Made by a program: the position numbers and the translations under genes. A stretch of 64,000 bases of DNA from Bacilli bacterium. GTDB taxonomy: Bacteria > Bacillota_I > Bacilli_A > RFN20 > CAG-826. Under the pieces are notes generated by a model that worked only from the letters and a program-made list of their open reading frames with translations, was not told the DNA's origin and ran no database searches. The number at the start of each line of letters is the position of its first letter. Position 1 is the stretch's first letter. This document shows positions 50,759 to 58,820 of this stretch, piece after piece. The stretch spans positions 22,398 to 86,397 of the forward strand of contig JAQWCH010000002.1 of the NCBI GenBank assembly GCA_028705995.1. Reading direction: 5' to 3'.

Positions 50759-51973
50759 TTAATCGCGTTTAAATAAGTCACGCGTATAGACTTTATCGCG
50801 CACGCTTTCTAGTTCGGGATGATAGCGGTTAGCAATAATAATATCGCTATTTGTACTTAGAGTAGAAAAATCAACTAATTCGCCCTGAATGTCTCGATCA
50901 GCGGATGTAAGTAATGGTTCATAGATCAGTATGTGGACATCGTACTTGGCGAGTTGTTCAATGATATCGATAAGTGGTGATGAGCGGAAGTTATCCGCCT
51001 CGTTTTTCATAGTCAAGCGATAAATACCAATCGTTTTACCGTGATAGGTCGCATATTCTAGTTGTAATTTTTGTAAAATTTGATCGCCGATAAAAGATTT
51101 TCGTGTGGTGTTAGACTTAACGGTTGCTAGCACGAGATTTTGCGGGATACCCTCATAATTAGCGAGCAATTGTTTCGTATCCTTCGGTAAACAATAGCCC
51201 CCATAACCAAAAGAAGGATTGTTGTAATAATCGCCAATCCGGGGATCAAGACTAACACCGCGAATGATATCTTTGGCATCGAGATTCTTTTTTTCGGCAT
51301 AAGTATCTAATTCATTAAAAAAAGCGATACGTAATGCTAAATATGTATTAGCGAAAAGCTTGATTGCTTCTGCTTCTCGCGCATGGGTTATCAATAAAGG
51401 TACTTCTTCATTCGTCGCTTCACGTAATATATCAATAAATGTGGAAACTTCCGCGTAGATTGATTCGTGATGATCCACACCAATAATAATGCGAGTGGGA
51501 TAAAAAGTGTCAGCAAGGGCGTGTTTTTCGCGCAAAAATTCTGGACTAAAAATAATGCGGGCAGTGGCAAATTTTTCAATCATCTGGCTCGTAAAACCAA
51601 CTGGCACTGTTGATTTGATGACAATTAATGCGAGTGGATTGCATTGACGAATATCGCTAATTACATGCTCAACAGTTGCGGTATCAAAAGATGCTGTTTT
51701 TTCATCATAATCAGTTGGTGTGGCAATCACAATAATGTCCGAGTTTTTGTAGGCTAATGAAAAATCGGCAGTGGCGACAAAATTTAAAGGTTTAGTGAGT
51801 AGTTTTTCTTTTTCATCTTCGACAAATCGTGGGAAAAGATGCTGATTATACGCTGATATTTTTTCCGCATTAATATCAACACCAAATACTTGGTGCCGTT
51901 GAGCAATCAATAATGACAATGAAAGCCCCACGTAGCCAAGACCAACTACTGTTACAACCGGGTCTTTATGCAT
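50759..51973 (-). CDS. UDP-N-acetyl-D-mannosamine / UDP-glucose-family nucleotide-sugar dehydrogenase
   Basis: N-terminal NAD-binding VGLGYVGL; catalytic GGYCLPKD; 404 aa. Confidence 0.8.
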   Translation of the reverse strand: MHKDPVVTVVGLGYVGLSLSLLIAQRHQVFGVDINAEKISAYNQHLFPRFVEDEKEKLLTKPLNFVATADFSLAYKNSDIIVIATPTDYDEKTASFDTATVEHVISDIRQCNPLALIVIKSTVPVGFTSQMIEKFATARIIFSPEFLREKHALADTFYPTRIIIGVDHHESIYAEVSTFIDILREATNEEVPLLITHAREAEAIKLFANTYLALRIAFFNELDTYAEKKNLDAKDIIRGVSLDPRIGDYYNNPSFGYGGYCLPKDTKQLLANYEGIPQNLVLATVKSNTTRKSFIGDQILQKLQLEYATYHGKTIGIYRLTMKNEADNFRSSPLIDIIEQLAKYDVHILIYEPLLTSADRDIQGELVDFSTLSTNSDIIIANRYHPELESVRDKVYTRDLFKRD

Positions 51974-51998
51974 ACCTGCACTCCTCTTGAGTATTTTT

Positions 51999-52027
51999 AT
52001 TATATTACTTATATCTTAGGCATTCAA
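51999..52027 (-). promoter_or_regulatory. Promoter of the sugar operon
   Basis: Minus-strand TTGAAT, 17-nt spacer, TATAAT; AAGAGGAG SD before the dehydrogenase gene. Confidence 0.6.
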
Positions 52028-52112
52028 TTTTAGCTATTGCTGATATAAATATATCGTCATTTGCTTTTTTTTAATGTTTTAAAACAAAATAACTAGAAAT
52101 AGTATATTTTAA

Positions 52113-52141
52113 TTGCTACTCGGGGTCGATTTTGCTATAAT
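52113..52141 (+). promoter_or_regulatory. rpsT promoter
   Basis: TTGCTA, 17-nt spacer, TATAAT. Confidence 0.75.
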
Positions 52142-52168
52142 CCATAACGTATCGAAAGAGGTGAATTT

Positions 52169-52432
52169 ATGGCAAACATTAAATCGCAAATTAAACGTAT
52201 TGGCACCAGTGAGAAAGCCCGTGTCCGTAACGCCAGTTTTAAATCGCAAGTCCGGACCGCGATGAAAAAAGTGCGGCTCGCTGTTGACGAAGGACGTAAG
52301 GAAGACGCAATCGCTTTAAACAAAGTCGCGGCTTCTTTAATTGATAAATCAGTTGTTAAAGGTATTCAACATACAAAAACAGCTGCTCGTCAAAAACGCG
52401 AATTAGCATTATTGATTAATTCCCTCGCTTAA
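52169..52432 (+). CDS. rpsT: 30S ribosomal protein S20
   Basis: MANIKSQIKRI...; 87 aa; AAGAGGTG SD. Confidence 0.9.
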   Translation: MANIKSQIKRIGTSEKARVRNASFKSQVRTAMKKVRLAVDEGRKEDAIALNKVAASLIDKSVVKGIQHTKTAARQKRELALLINSLA

Positions 52433-52454
52433 TCTGTTACTGATAATTTAAATT

Positions 52455-52480
52455 AAACAGCTTTATGGCTGTTTTTTTAT
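52455..52480 (+). terminator. Terminator after rpsT
   Basis: aaacagc-tttatg-gctgttt hairpin followed by a T7 run. Confidence 0.6.
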
Positions 52481-53448
52481 TTATTTAGGCAATAGTCGAC
52501 CATAAATAATTCAAAAGCGTAGAAACGATCAACTTTATTTGACTTGATGGCAAAATCGAGTTGGTGTAGTTGTTCTAAAATATCCAGCGCATCACTAAGT
52601 TTCATTTTATAGTGGGCGTTGAGCGCTAATTTTACACGGTATTCATGAATGCCAAGAGTTTGCGCAATACTTTGTTGGCCTTCACCTTGATCAGCAAGTA
52701 CAAAAACTTGACTGTATAAGCGAAATTGATTCGCGAGCATGCCAATTAGCGTAATCGGTTCCTGACTATTTACTAAAAAATCGCGGTAATTATCTAAAAC
52801 TAATGGTAAATTTTTGTCTAACAAAGCATTTGTCAACGCATAAGAGCGTTCTTCCAATGGTTTTGTGACTAATAAATCAATATCTATACGTTCAATTGGA
52901 TGATCTAATAATGATAATTTGTCTGCTTCATTTAAAAATAGGGCAACATCATTATTCGTGCGGGCGATTAATTCACTAATGGCTTCATCACTAATTGCAA
53001 TATTATTCTTCGCGAATGTCCGACGAACGAATTCTGGCCATTGGCGATTATCAACGTCTTGCACTTCTTTGATTTCGCCATTGGTTTTTACTAACTCGAC
53101 ATAACGATTTTTTGTGGCTAATTTCCCATCGTGAACGCCAAAAATTAAATCAGTTGTGTCATTGGGGGCCGATAAATATTCAAGGAGTTTATCATAATCT
53201 TGTGTGCGTTCAAGACTCTCTTTACGCGAACTTTTCGCAAAATAATAGGCATCATCGACAATAATCACTCGTTTATCACTACCAAACGGCATTTGCATGG
53301 CCTCAAAGACAATATCTTGAATCGGAGTTTGCGTACCCGAGTATTCAATATAATTAAAATTATCGGGTGTGCCAACACTCGTCAGAGCAATTTTATGCAT
53401 TACTTTTTGCACTAGGGCCGGTTGTGAACCAAAAACAAGGTAGATCAT
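52477..53448 (-). CDS. holA: DNA polymerase III delta subunit (HolA)
   Basis: 323 aa; delta-subunit clamp-loader fold pattern; immediately downstream of comEC, as yqeN is in Bacillus. Confidence 0.75.
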   Translation of the reverse strand: MIYLVFGSQPALVQKVMHKIALTSVGTPDNFNYIEYSGTQTPIQDIVFEAMQMPFGSDKRVIIVDDAYYFAKSSRKESLERTQDYDKLLEYLSAPNDTTDLIFGVHDGKLATKNRYVELVKTNGEIKEVQDVDNRQWPEFVRRTFAKNNIAISDEAISELIARTNNDVALFLNEADKLSLLDHPIERIDIDLLVTKPLEERSYALTNALLDKNLPLVLDNYRDFLVNSQEPITLIGMLANQFRLYSQVFVLADQGEGQQSIAQTLGIHEYRVKLALNAHYKMKLSDALDILEQLHQLDFAIKSNKVDRFYAFELFMVDYCLNK

Positions 53449-55496
53449 AACAATTTTTTACTGGTTACATTATAACAAACATTATTCCATCCTGTGAGTA
53501 GAATTGTCCCAACTTGGTCGGTGCGTAAATAGGGAATATCGAATGCATTTAACCGTTCAATCACAGTCTCATCCGGATGACCATAGTTATTACGACCAAC
53601 AGAAATAATTGCGAGTTTTGGCGTTATTTGTTCAATAAAAGCATCACTTGTACTTGTTTTTGATCCATGATGACCAAGTTTTAAGACATCGACGTCTAAA
53701 CTTGGATTTTCACTGATAATCTCTTCTTCGACACTAACCGAGGCATCGCCCATTAGAAGAATTTTCTGGCCAAGCATTTCTGTATAGATTACAGCGGATT
53801 GATCATTTCGATCATTATTAGTAGCTTCTATCTGCACATTGAGATTTTCTAAGTTCCAACTATTAATTGACCAAGAACTTTCATTTCGCAGAATAACATC
53901 GATGGGAAAATCCTCTAATAAACTTGCAAGCGCGCCACTATGATCATAATCTTCGTGACTAATCCATACCGCATCAAGTTTATATAGTTGAATTGAGGCA
54001 AAAAAAGGGATTAATGTTTCTTTAGCAATATCGGAGTATAAACTGCCACCAGTATCAACTAAAACAGCATGCCTTTGATTACGCAGTAATATCGCATCAC
54101 CTTGTCCAACATTAATGAAATAGATTGAACTTACAATATAACTCTCGAGGTTAAAAAATGGCAAGCCGATTAAAAGCGTAAATATGACAACACTTATTTC
54201 AATTATTGGACGATGATGAATAGTCAGTGCAAACATTAAAATAAATAAAAGCGCATAAAAAAATAAAATCCATAAAATTGATGGCTTCCCTAGTGGAATT
54301 TTAATATCTATTTTGCTAAAAATATTGAGCATGGACATGTTTACGCGATAACAAAAAGAAATCACCCCAGTTAATGGTGGAATCAATATTGAAAACCAAC
54401 CGATAATAAAAGTAAATGACAGCAATGGCGCTAATATAAAGATAAAAACAAATGAAAATATGTGTAGATAATAGCCTTGAAAAATAACATAGGGGAGCAT
54501 TAAAGCATACGCACAAATGGCCCCCATTATTGGTCGCAAAAAAGCTTTTTTATTTTGTAAAGTCGCTCTTGATAATGTAAAAAATATTATTAAACCATAA
54601 CTAAGAAAATATGTTGGCTGAAAAGCTAAATAGGGATTTATTATTAGAAATGTTAAAGCCGAGAAGATGACAACGGTTAAATAATTTACTTTATGCCTTA
54701 ATTTGTATTCATTGATCATCTTGAAAACATTTGTCAAAGCAATCCGGTAAATTGCAAAGTGGCTTGGTATGAAGATGAAAAAAATAACTAAGGGAGCTAG
54801 AGAAATTATCTCGGTAATTGCTGGCGATAAACGGAAATATTTGCTGACTTTTTTATTGAGTCTAATCAGTGCGTTAATATGTAATCCCGAAGCGCCGAGA
54901 AGGTAAACAATTTGCATAGTTTCAACATGTTTAAAAATTTGTGACTCATAATCACGTTGATTAAATAATAAACTAGCTATCAGTTCTTTTTCTTGATCTG
55001 AATATTTAATTAACAGATGCTTAATTATTGCTGACGAACGTATCGGTACACGCCACACATAGCTAACATCTTTCAATAGTAGTTGTTTTGTGATCCCTAA
55101 ATTTTGCAAATAGTTTCCAAAATCGAATTGTTGTTCAAGTTTATAGAACTGTAAATCTCTTCCTGTTGCGGAAAATGATAATATATCACCAACTTCATGT
55201 GCGTGCGCGTGTTCACTGATGTAAAACCGGCCACAAAGCGTTGATAAAACAAAATAATTTTCACTTCTTCTTGTAACAATACCCGACCGCGGAATAATCT
55301 CAATATGTTCGACAAATATTAATACCGCGAGTAAACCTCCGCCAATTATTAATGCAACAATCGTGATGCGCTTGGCGTTATTATCCTTTTTCCAAACAAT
55401 ATAGGCGAGTATTCCAATGATAAAAAGCGTAGCGAATAAAGTTTGCTTTAAATATAGAATGCTGATGATTAGTCCAAGGCCGGCTAGGAGCGTCAT
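53445..55496 (-). CDS. comEC: DNA internalisation competence protein ComEC/Rec2
   Basis: Polytopic competence domain plus a C-terminal MBL domain (ISHEDYDHSGAL). Confidence 0.85.
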   Translation of the reverse strand: MTLLAGLGLIISILYLKQTLFATLFIIGILAYIVWKKDNNAKRITIVALIIGGGLLAVLIFVEHIEIIPRSGIVTRRSENYFVLSTLCGRFYISEHAHAHEVGDILSFSATGRDLQFYKLEQQFDFGNYLQNLGITKQLLLKDVSYVWRVPIRSSAIIKHLLIKYSDQEKELIASLLFNQRDYESQIFKHVETMQIVYLLGASGLHINALIRLNKKVSKYFRLSPAITEIISLAPLVIFFIFIPSHFAIYRIALTNVFKMINEYKLRHKVNYLTVVIFSALTFLIINPYLAFQPTYFLSYGLIIFFTLSRATLQNKKAFLRPIMGAICAYALMLPYVIFQGYYLHIFSFVFIFILAPLLSFTFIIGWFSILIPPLTGVISFCYRVNMSMLNIFSKIDIKIPLGKPSILWILFFYALLFILMFALTIHHRPIIEISVVIFTLLIGLPFFNLESYIVSSIYFINVGQGDAILLRNQRHAVLVDTGGSLYSDIAKETLIPFFASIQLYKLDAVWISHEDYDHSGALASLLEDFPIDVILRNESSWSINSWNLENLNVQIEATNNDRNDQSAVIYTEMLGQKILLMGDASVSVEEEIISENPSLDVDVLKLGHHGSKTSTSDAFIEQITPKLAIISVGRNNYGHPDETVIERLNAFDIPYLRTDQVGTILLTGWNNVCYNVTSKKLL

Positions 55497-56026
55497 TGAA
55501 GTACGATACTATTTTTAATTTTCTCGAAAGTTGCGTTACCAATGCCCGTAACGTTCATAATTTCTTCTAGATAAGAAAATTCACCATCAGTTTCACGGTA
55601 AGTAACTAATGCGCTTGCAATTGTTGAGCCAATCCCATTAACAGTCATTAACAAGTCTTTATCAGCATTATTAATGTTAACTTTCGCTAATGGATAATCA
55701 TTACAAATATCATTTTCATCATAAAGTGAAGCAATAAAATAACTCATCCCATCAACAACATCAGTTGTAAGAATATAGGCGCGGGCATCAGCCTTTGCTG
55801 TTGGTCCACCCGCGGCCATAATAAGTTCTTCAAACGTCGCACCTTTTTCCAAGGCAAATGTCCCTGGCCGAGTCACCTGCCCAGTTACAGTCACCGTCAA
55901 ACGATTATTGTCCACGAGTGAAATTTGTGAATCTGGATTAATATTATTCACCTTAGGATCAATTTGTGTAAAAGCGAAAATCAAAATAACTGTTGCAATT
56001 AAGGCAGCAATAATGAGCTTTGTCAT
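55493..56026 (-). CDS. comEA: Competence protein ComEA (DNA receptor)
   Basis: N-terminal TM helix; SLBB-like middle region; C-terminal helix-hairpin-helix (VNGIGSTIASALV...VTGIGNATFEKI). Confidence 0.8.
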   Translation of the reverse strand: MTKLIIAALIATVILIFAFTQIDPKVNNINPDSQISLVDNNRLTVTVTGQVTRPGTFALEKGATFEELIMAAGGPTAKADARAYILTTDVVDGMSYFIASLYDENDICNDYPLAKVNINNADKDLLMTVNGIGSTIASALVTYRETDGEFSYLEEIMNVTGIGNATFEKIKNSIVLQ

Positions 56027-56077
56027 AAAAAAACCTCCTACTAACTAGATAGTCAATAAGAGGCAAATTCGTATTAA

Positions 56078-56548
56078 TTAAATTGTAATTTTGATAATTT
56101 CGATTTCGTAAGGTTCAATCGCTTTGACTTTCCTTACATCGCCGACACGTGCACCGAGCATCGCTTCACCAAGCGGTGACTGAATTGAAATTGAGCCGCT
56201 AAGCGGGTTTGCTTCGATTGTACCAACCAAATGATACTCAAATTCTTCATTAAGTGATAAATCCCGAAAGACGATTGTTGTTCCTAACGCGACAAATTCG
56301 GATGAAGTCGCTTCATCAACAATAACAGCGTTCGCAATTGCGTTTTCAACTTGCTTAATTCGACCTTCGATTTCCGCTTGATGCGAGCGTGCGGCATCAT
56401 AATCGGCATTTTCACTTAAGTCGCCTTGGGCGCGTGCGGTTTCGAGTTCTTGCAAAACATTGGGACGTTGGATGCCAATTAGATTTTCTAATTCGCCTTG
56501 TAGTTTAGTCATCCCTTCTTTTGTTAAATAATATCTGTGTTTTTCCAT
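56078..56548 (-). CDS. greA: Transcription elongation factor GreA
   Basis: GDLSENADYDAAR coiled-coil; C-terminal FKBP-like domain; extended -10 promoter upstream. Confidence 0.9.
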   Translation of the reverse strand: MEKHRYYLTKEGMTKLQGELENLIGIQRPNVLQELETARAQGDLSENADYDAARSHQAEIEGRIKQVENAIANAVIVDEATSSEFVALGTTIVFRDLSLNEEFEYHLVGTIEANPLSGSISIQSPLGEAMLGARVGDVRKVKAIEPYEIEIIKITI

Positions 56549-56575
56549 AAATTTTGGCCTGCCTTTTTGTTCTCG

Positions 56576-56604
56576 CTTATTATAGCAAGTCGCGAAGATT
56601 AATG
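56576..56604 (-). promoter_or_regulatory. greA promoter with an extended -10 (TGcTATAAT)
   Basis: Minus-strand cttGCTATAATaag. Confidence 0.45.
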
Positions 56605-56715
56605 CCACATTGATAAATCAAAATCTTTATGAATATAAAGAAATATAAATTTATGATAAGCTTAAACACTAGAATGCGAGGCTAATCTTGTCTATAATAG
56701 TAAGCCGGAGTTATT

Positions 56716-57297
56716 ATGCGTAAATTACAACAACTTTTATTGCTTTTTTGGACATTTTTTAAAATCGGATTATTCACTTTTGGTGGTGGTTATGCGATGA
56801 TTCCCCTCATTGAAAGTGAGGTTACTTTAAAACATCGCTGGCTAACTGAAAAAGAAACGCTCGATTTATTTATCATTGCCGAAAGCACGCCAGGTCCTGT
56901 TTCCGTCAACTCTGCTACTTATGTAGGATACAAGGTTGCTGGTTTGCTCGGAGCATTTTTTGCGACACTTGGATTAGCGCTTCCATCTCTTTTAATCATT
57001 ATTGTAATTGCCTTATTTTATGATCAATTTATGACGTTGAGTTGGGTCCAGGCTGCTTTTTATGGAATTCAAGCTGGTGTTTCAATCTTAATTATCGCCG
57101 CGGCGATTAAATTAAGTCGTCATCTTGAACGTAATTTCTATAACATCATTGCGTTATTAGTCGTTGTTGGCTTACAAATTTACTTATCAACGGTCGATTT
57201 CACGATTTCAACAATATATTTCATAATTACCGGTTTTGTGCTCGGTATTGTTTTTTATGGTTTAAATAATATTAAGAAAGGTGGATCAAGTAAATGA
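56716..57297 (+). CDS. chrA: Chromate transporter ChrA, half-size subunit (N-type)
   Basis: FFKIGLFTFGGGYAMIPL ChrA signature; paired with the following paralogue. Confidence 0.75.
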   Translation: MRKLQQLLLLFWTFFKIGLFTFGGGYAMIPLIESEVTLKHRWLTEKETLDLFIIAESTPGPVSVNSATYVGYKVAGLLGAFFATLGLALPSLLIIIVIALFYDQFMTLSWVQAAFYGIQAGVSILIIAAAIKLSRHLERNFYNIIALLVVVGLQIYLSTVDFTISTIYFIITGFVLGIVFYGLNNIKKGGSSK

Positions 57298-57869
57298 TCG
57301 ATTTCTTATTATTACTCAAACTTTTCTGGACATTCTTCAAAATCGGATTGTTCACGTTTGGCGGCGGTTATGCGATGATTCCCTTAATGCAATCAGAAGT
57401 TGTCGGCCAAAATTGGCTCGATTACGATACAATGATTAATTTTTTAGCAATATCCGAATCAACGCCCGGGCCATTTGCCATCAACATGGCAACATTTATC
57501 GGTGAAAATCAGGCGGGCTTGCTTGGTGCCTTAGTCACCACAACCGGTGTTATCTTGCCATCGTTTATTATTATCACAATTATTGCCGCAGTTAGTGGTA
57601 AATTCATCCAAACTCGCTTTGTACAAGCAGGTCTAAAAGGTATTCGTCCGATTATTATTGGTCTAATTCTTTCCGCTGGCACACTGCTAGTTTTGCATAA
57701 CCTTGTTGATCAGTATCCGCTAAAAGGTCCATTCCGGTTAGATATGCTGATCCTCACAATTAACTTAGCTATTATCTATTTTGGCTACTGGATTTGGAAA
57801 AAACGCCAATTAAGTCCAATTACATTTGTAATTATATCGGCTATTTTCGGTTTAATCATCTTTATTTAG
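57294..57869 (+). CDS. chrA: Chromate transporter ChrA, half-size subunit (second)
   Basis: FFKIGLFTFGGGYAMIPL repeated; 4-nt overlap with the preceding gene. Confidence 0.75.
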   Translation: MIDFLLLLKLFWTFFKIGLFTFGGGYAMIPLMQSEVVGQNWLDYDTMINFLAISESTPGPFAINMATFIGENQAGLLGALVTTTGVILPSFIIITIIAAVSGKFIQTRFVQAGLKGIRPIIIGLILSAGTLLVLHNLVDQYPLKGPFRLDMLILTINLAIIYFGYWIWKKRQLSPITFVIISAIFGLIIFI

Positions 57870-57920
57870 AAGCTATTAATTCCTCCGTTTGTAAATTTTT
57901 GAAAAAAACAAGTAAATATC

Positions 57921-57947
57921 AAAAAAACGGCTAAAAAGCCGCTTTTT
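57921..57947 (+). terminator. Weak terminator after the chrA pair
   Basis: cggc-taaaaa-gccg stem followed by a T5 run. Confidence 0.35.
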
Positions 57948-58051
57948 AATTATTATTCTGTTTTATTAAAATCAAACAATAATTAAATAAGTGTTTATAA
58001 ATACTTATATAATACTAATTTAATACTTTTAATCTACTAGAAAATTGCTTT

Positions 58052-58396
58052 TTAAAAAGAATCGCCTTCGCCTTCGCCATCTGGCTCTGCATCGCCATCA
58101 TCTTCAGCATCACCATCATCTTCTGATTGATCTTCTTCTTCCTCGTGGCTTTCAAAAGCCGAAAGAACTTCTTCAACTTCGTCGTATTCTTCTTTGGTTA
58201 AATCGTCTTCAATATGGCCATCATCATAAAAACGTGCAGCAAGTACTTCATCGCGATTTGCGGGGTCAAAGAATAAAACATAGTTTACTCCCCGATCTTC
58301 GTTTTCATAAGTTAGTAGAATTTCATAGCGATAAACAACACCAGCTTCATCAGTAATTTCTAAAAAGTCATCATCTTTAATCTTGTTCATTTCCAT
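58052..58396 (-). CDS. DUF1292/UPF0473 (YrzB-like) acidic protein
   Basis: 114 aa with a very acidic C-terminus; downstream of ruvX as in Bacillus. Confidence 0.7.
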   Translation of the reverse strand: MEMNKIKDDDFLEITDEAGVVYRYEILLTYENEDRGVNYVLFFDPANRDEVLAARFYDDGHIEDDLTKEEYDEVEEVLSAFESHEEEEDQSEDDGDAEDDGDAEPDGEGEGDSF

Positions 58397-58820
58397 GCTC
58401 CTTTAGCCTGTTTAAATAATTTTCTAAAATAATAATTGCCGCGAATTCATCAACGCGCTCTGGCCACTTTTTCTTTGGAATAGCAAGCATTTCCATCCGC
58501 TCATGGGCTTCAACGGTTGAAAGACGTTCATCAACAAAATTAATTTTGACTTGTGGCGCCACTTTTTGCAAGTCATTCGCGAATCTTTCAACACTTTTTA
58601 CTCGTTCTCCCGCGCGTCCATCCATATGAAGTGGTTTACCAAACACAATTGTTTTTGGCTTAACTTCTTCAATTATTATAACTAATTGTTGTAAAGCCAA
58701 ATGATAATTACCGGCTTTAAAGTGAATTGTTGGGCGTCCAGTAACAATACGCTGCGTTTGATCCGTAATCGCAACGCCAAGCGTGGTTGTTCCTAAGTCT
58801 AAACCAATGATTTTTGCCAT
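58377..58820 (-). CDS. ruvX: Putative pre-16S rRNA nuclease / Holliday-junction-resolvase-like YqgF (RuvX)
   Basis: IIGLDLGTTTLGVAITD RNase H-like motif; 147 aa; follows alaS. Confidence 0.85.
   Translation of the reverse strand: MAKIIGLDLGTTTLGVAITDQTQRIVTGRPTIHFKAGNYHLALQQLVIIIEEVKPKTIVFGKPLHMDGRAGERVKSVERFANDLQKVAPQVKINFVDERLSTVEAHERMEMLAIPKKKWPERVDEFAAIIILENYLNRLKEHGNEQD

Noticed and set aside
56716-57869. Split chrA as a disrupted pseudogene
   Set aside because: Both halves carry the full FGGGYAMIPL signature and overlap by 4 nt. Paired half-size ChrA subunits are a common native arrangement.
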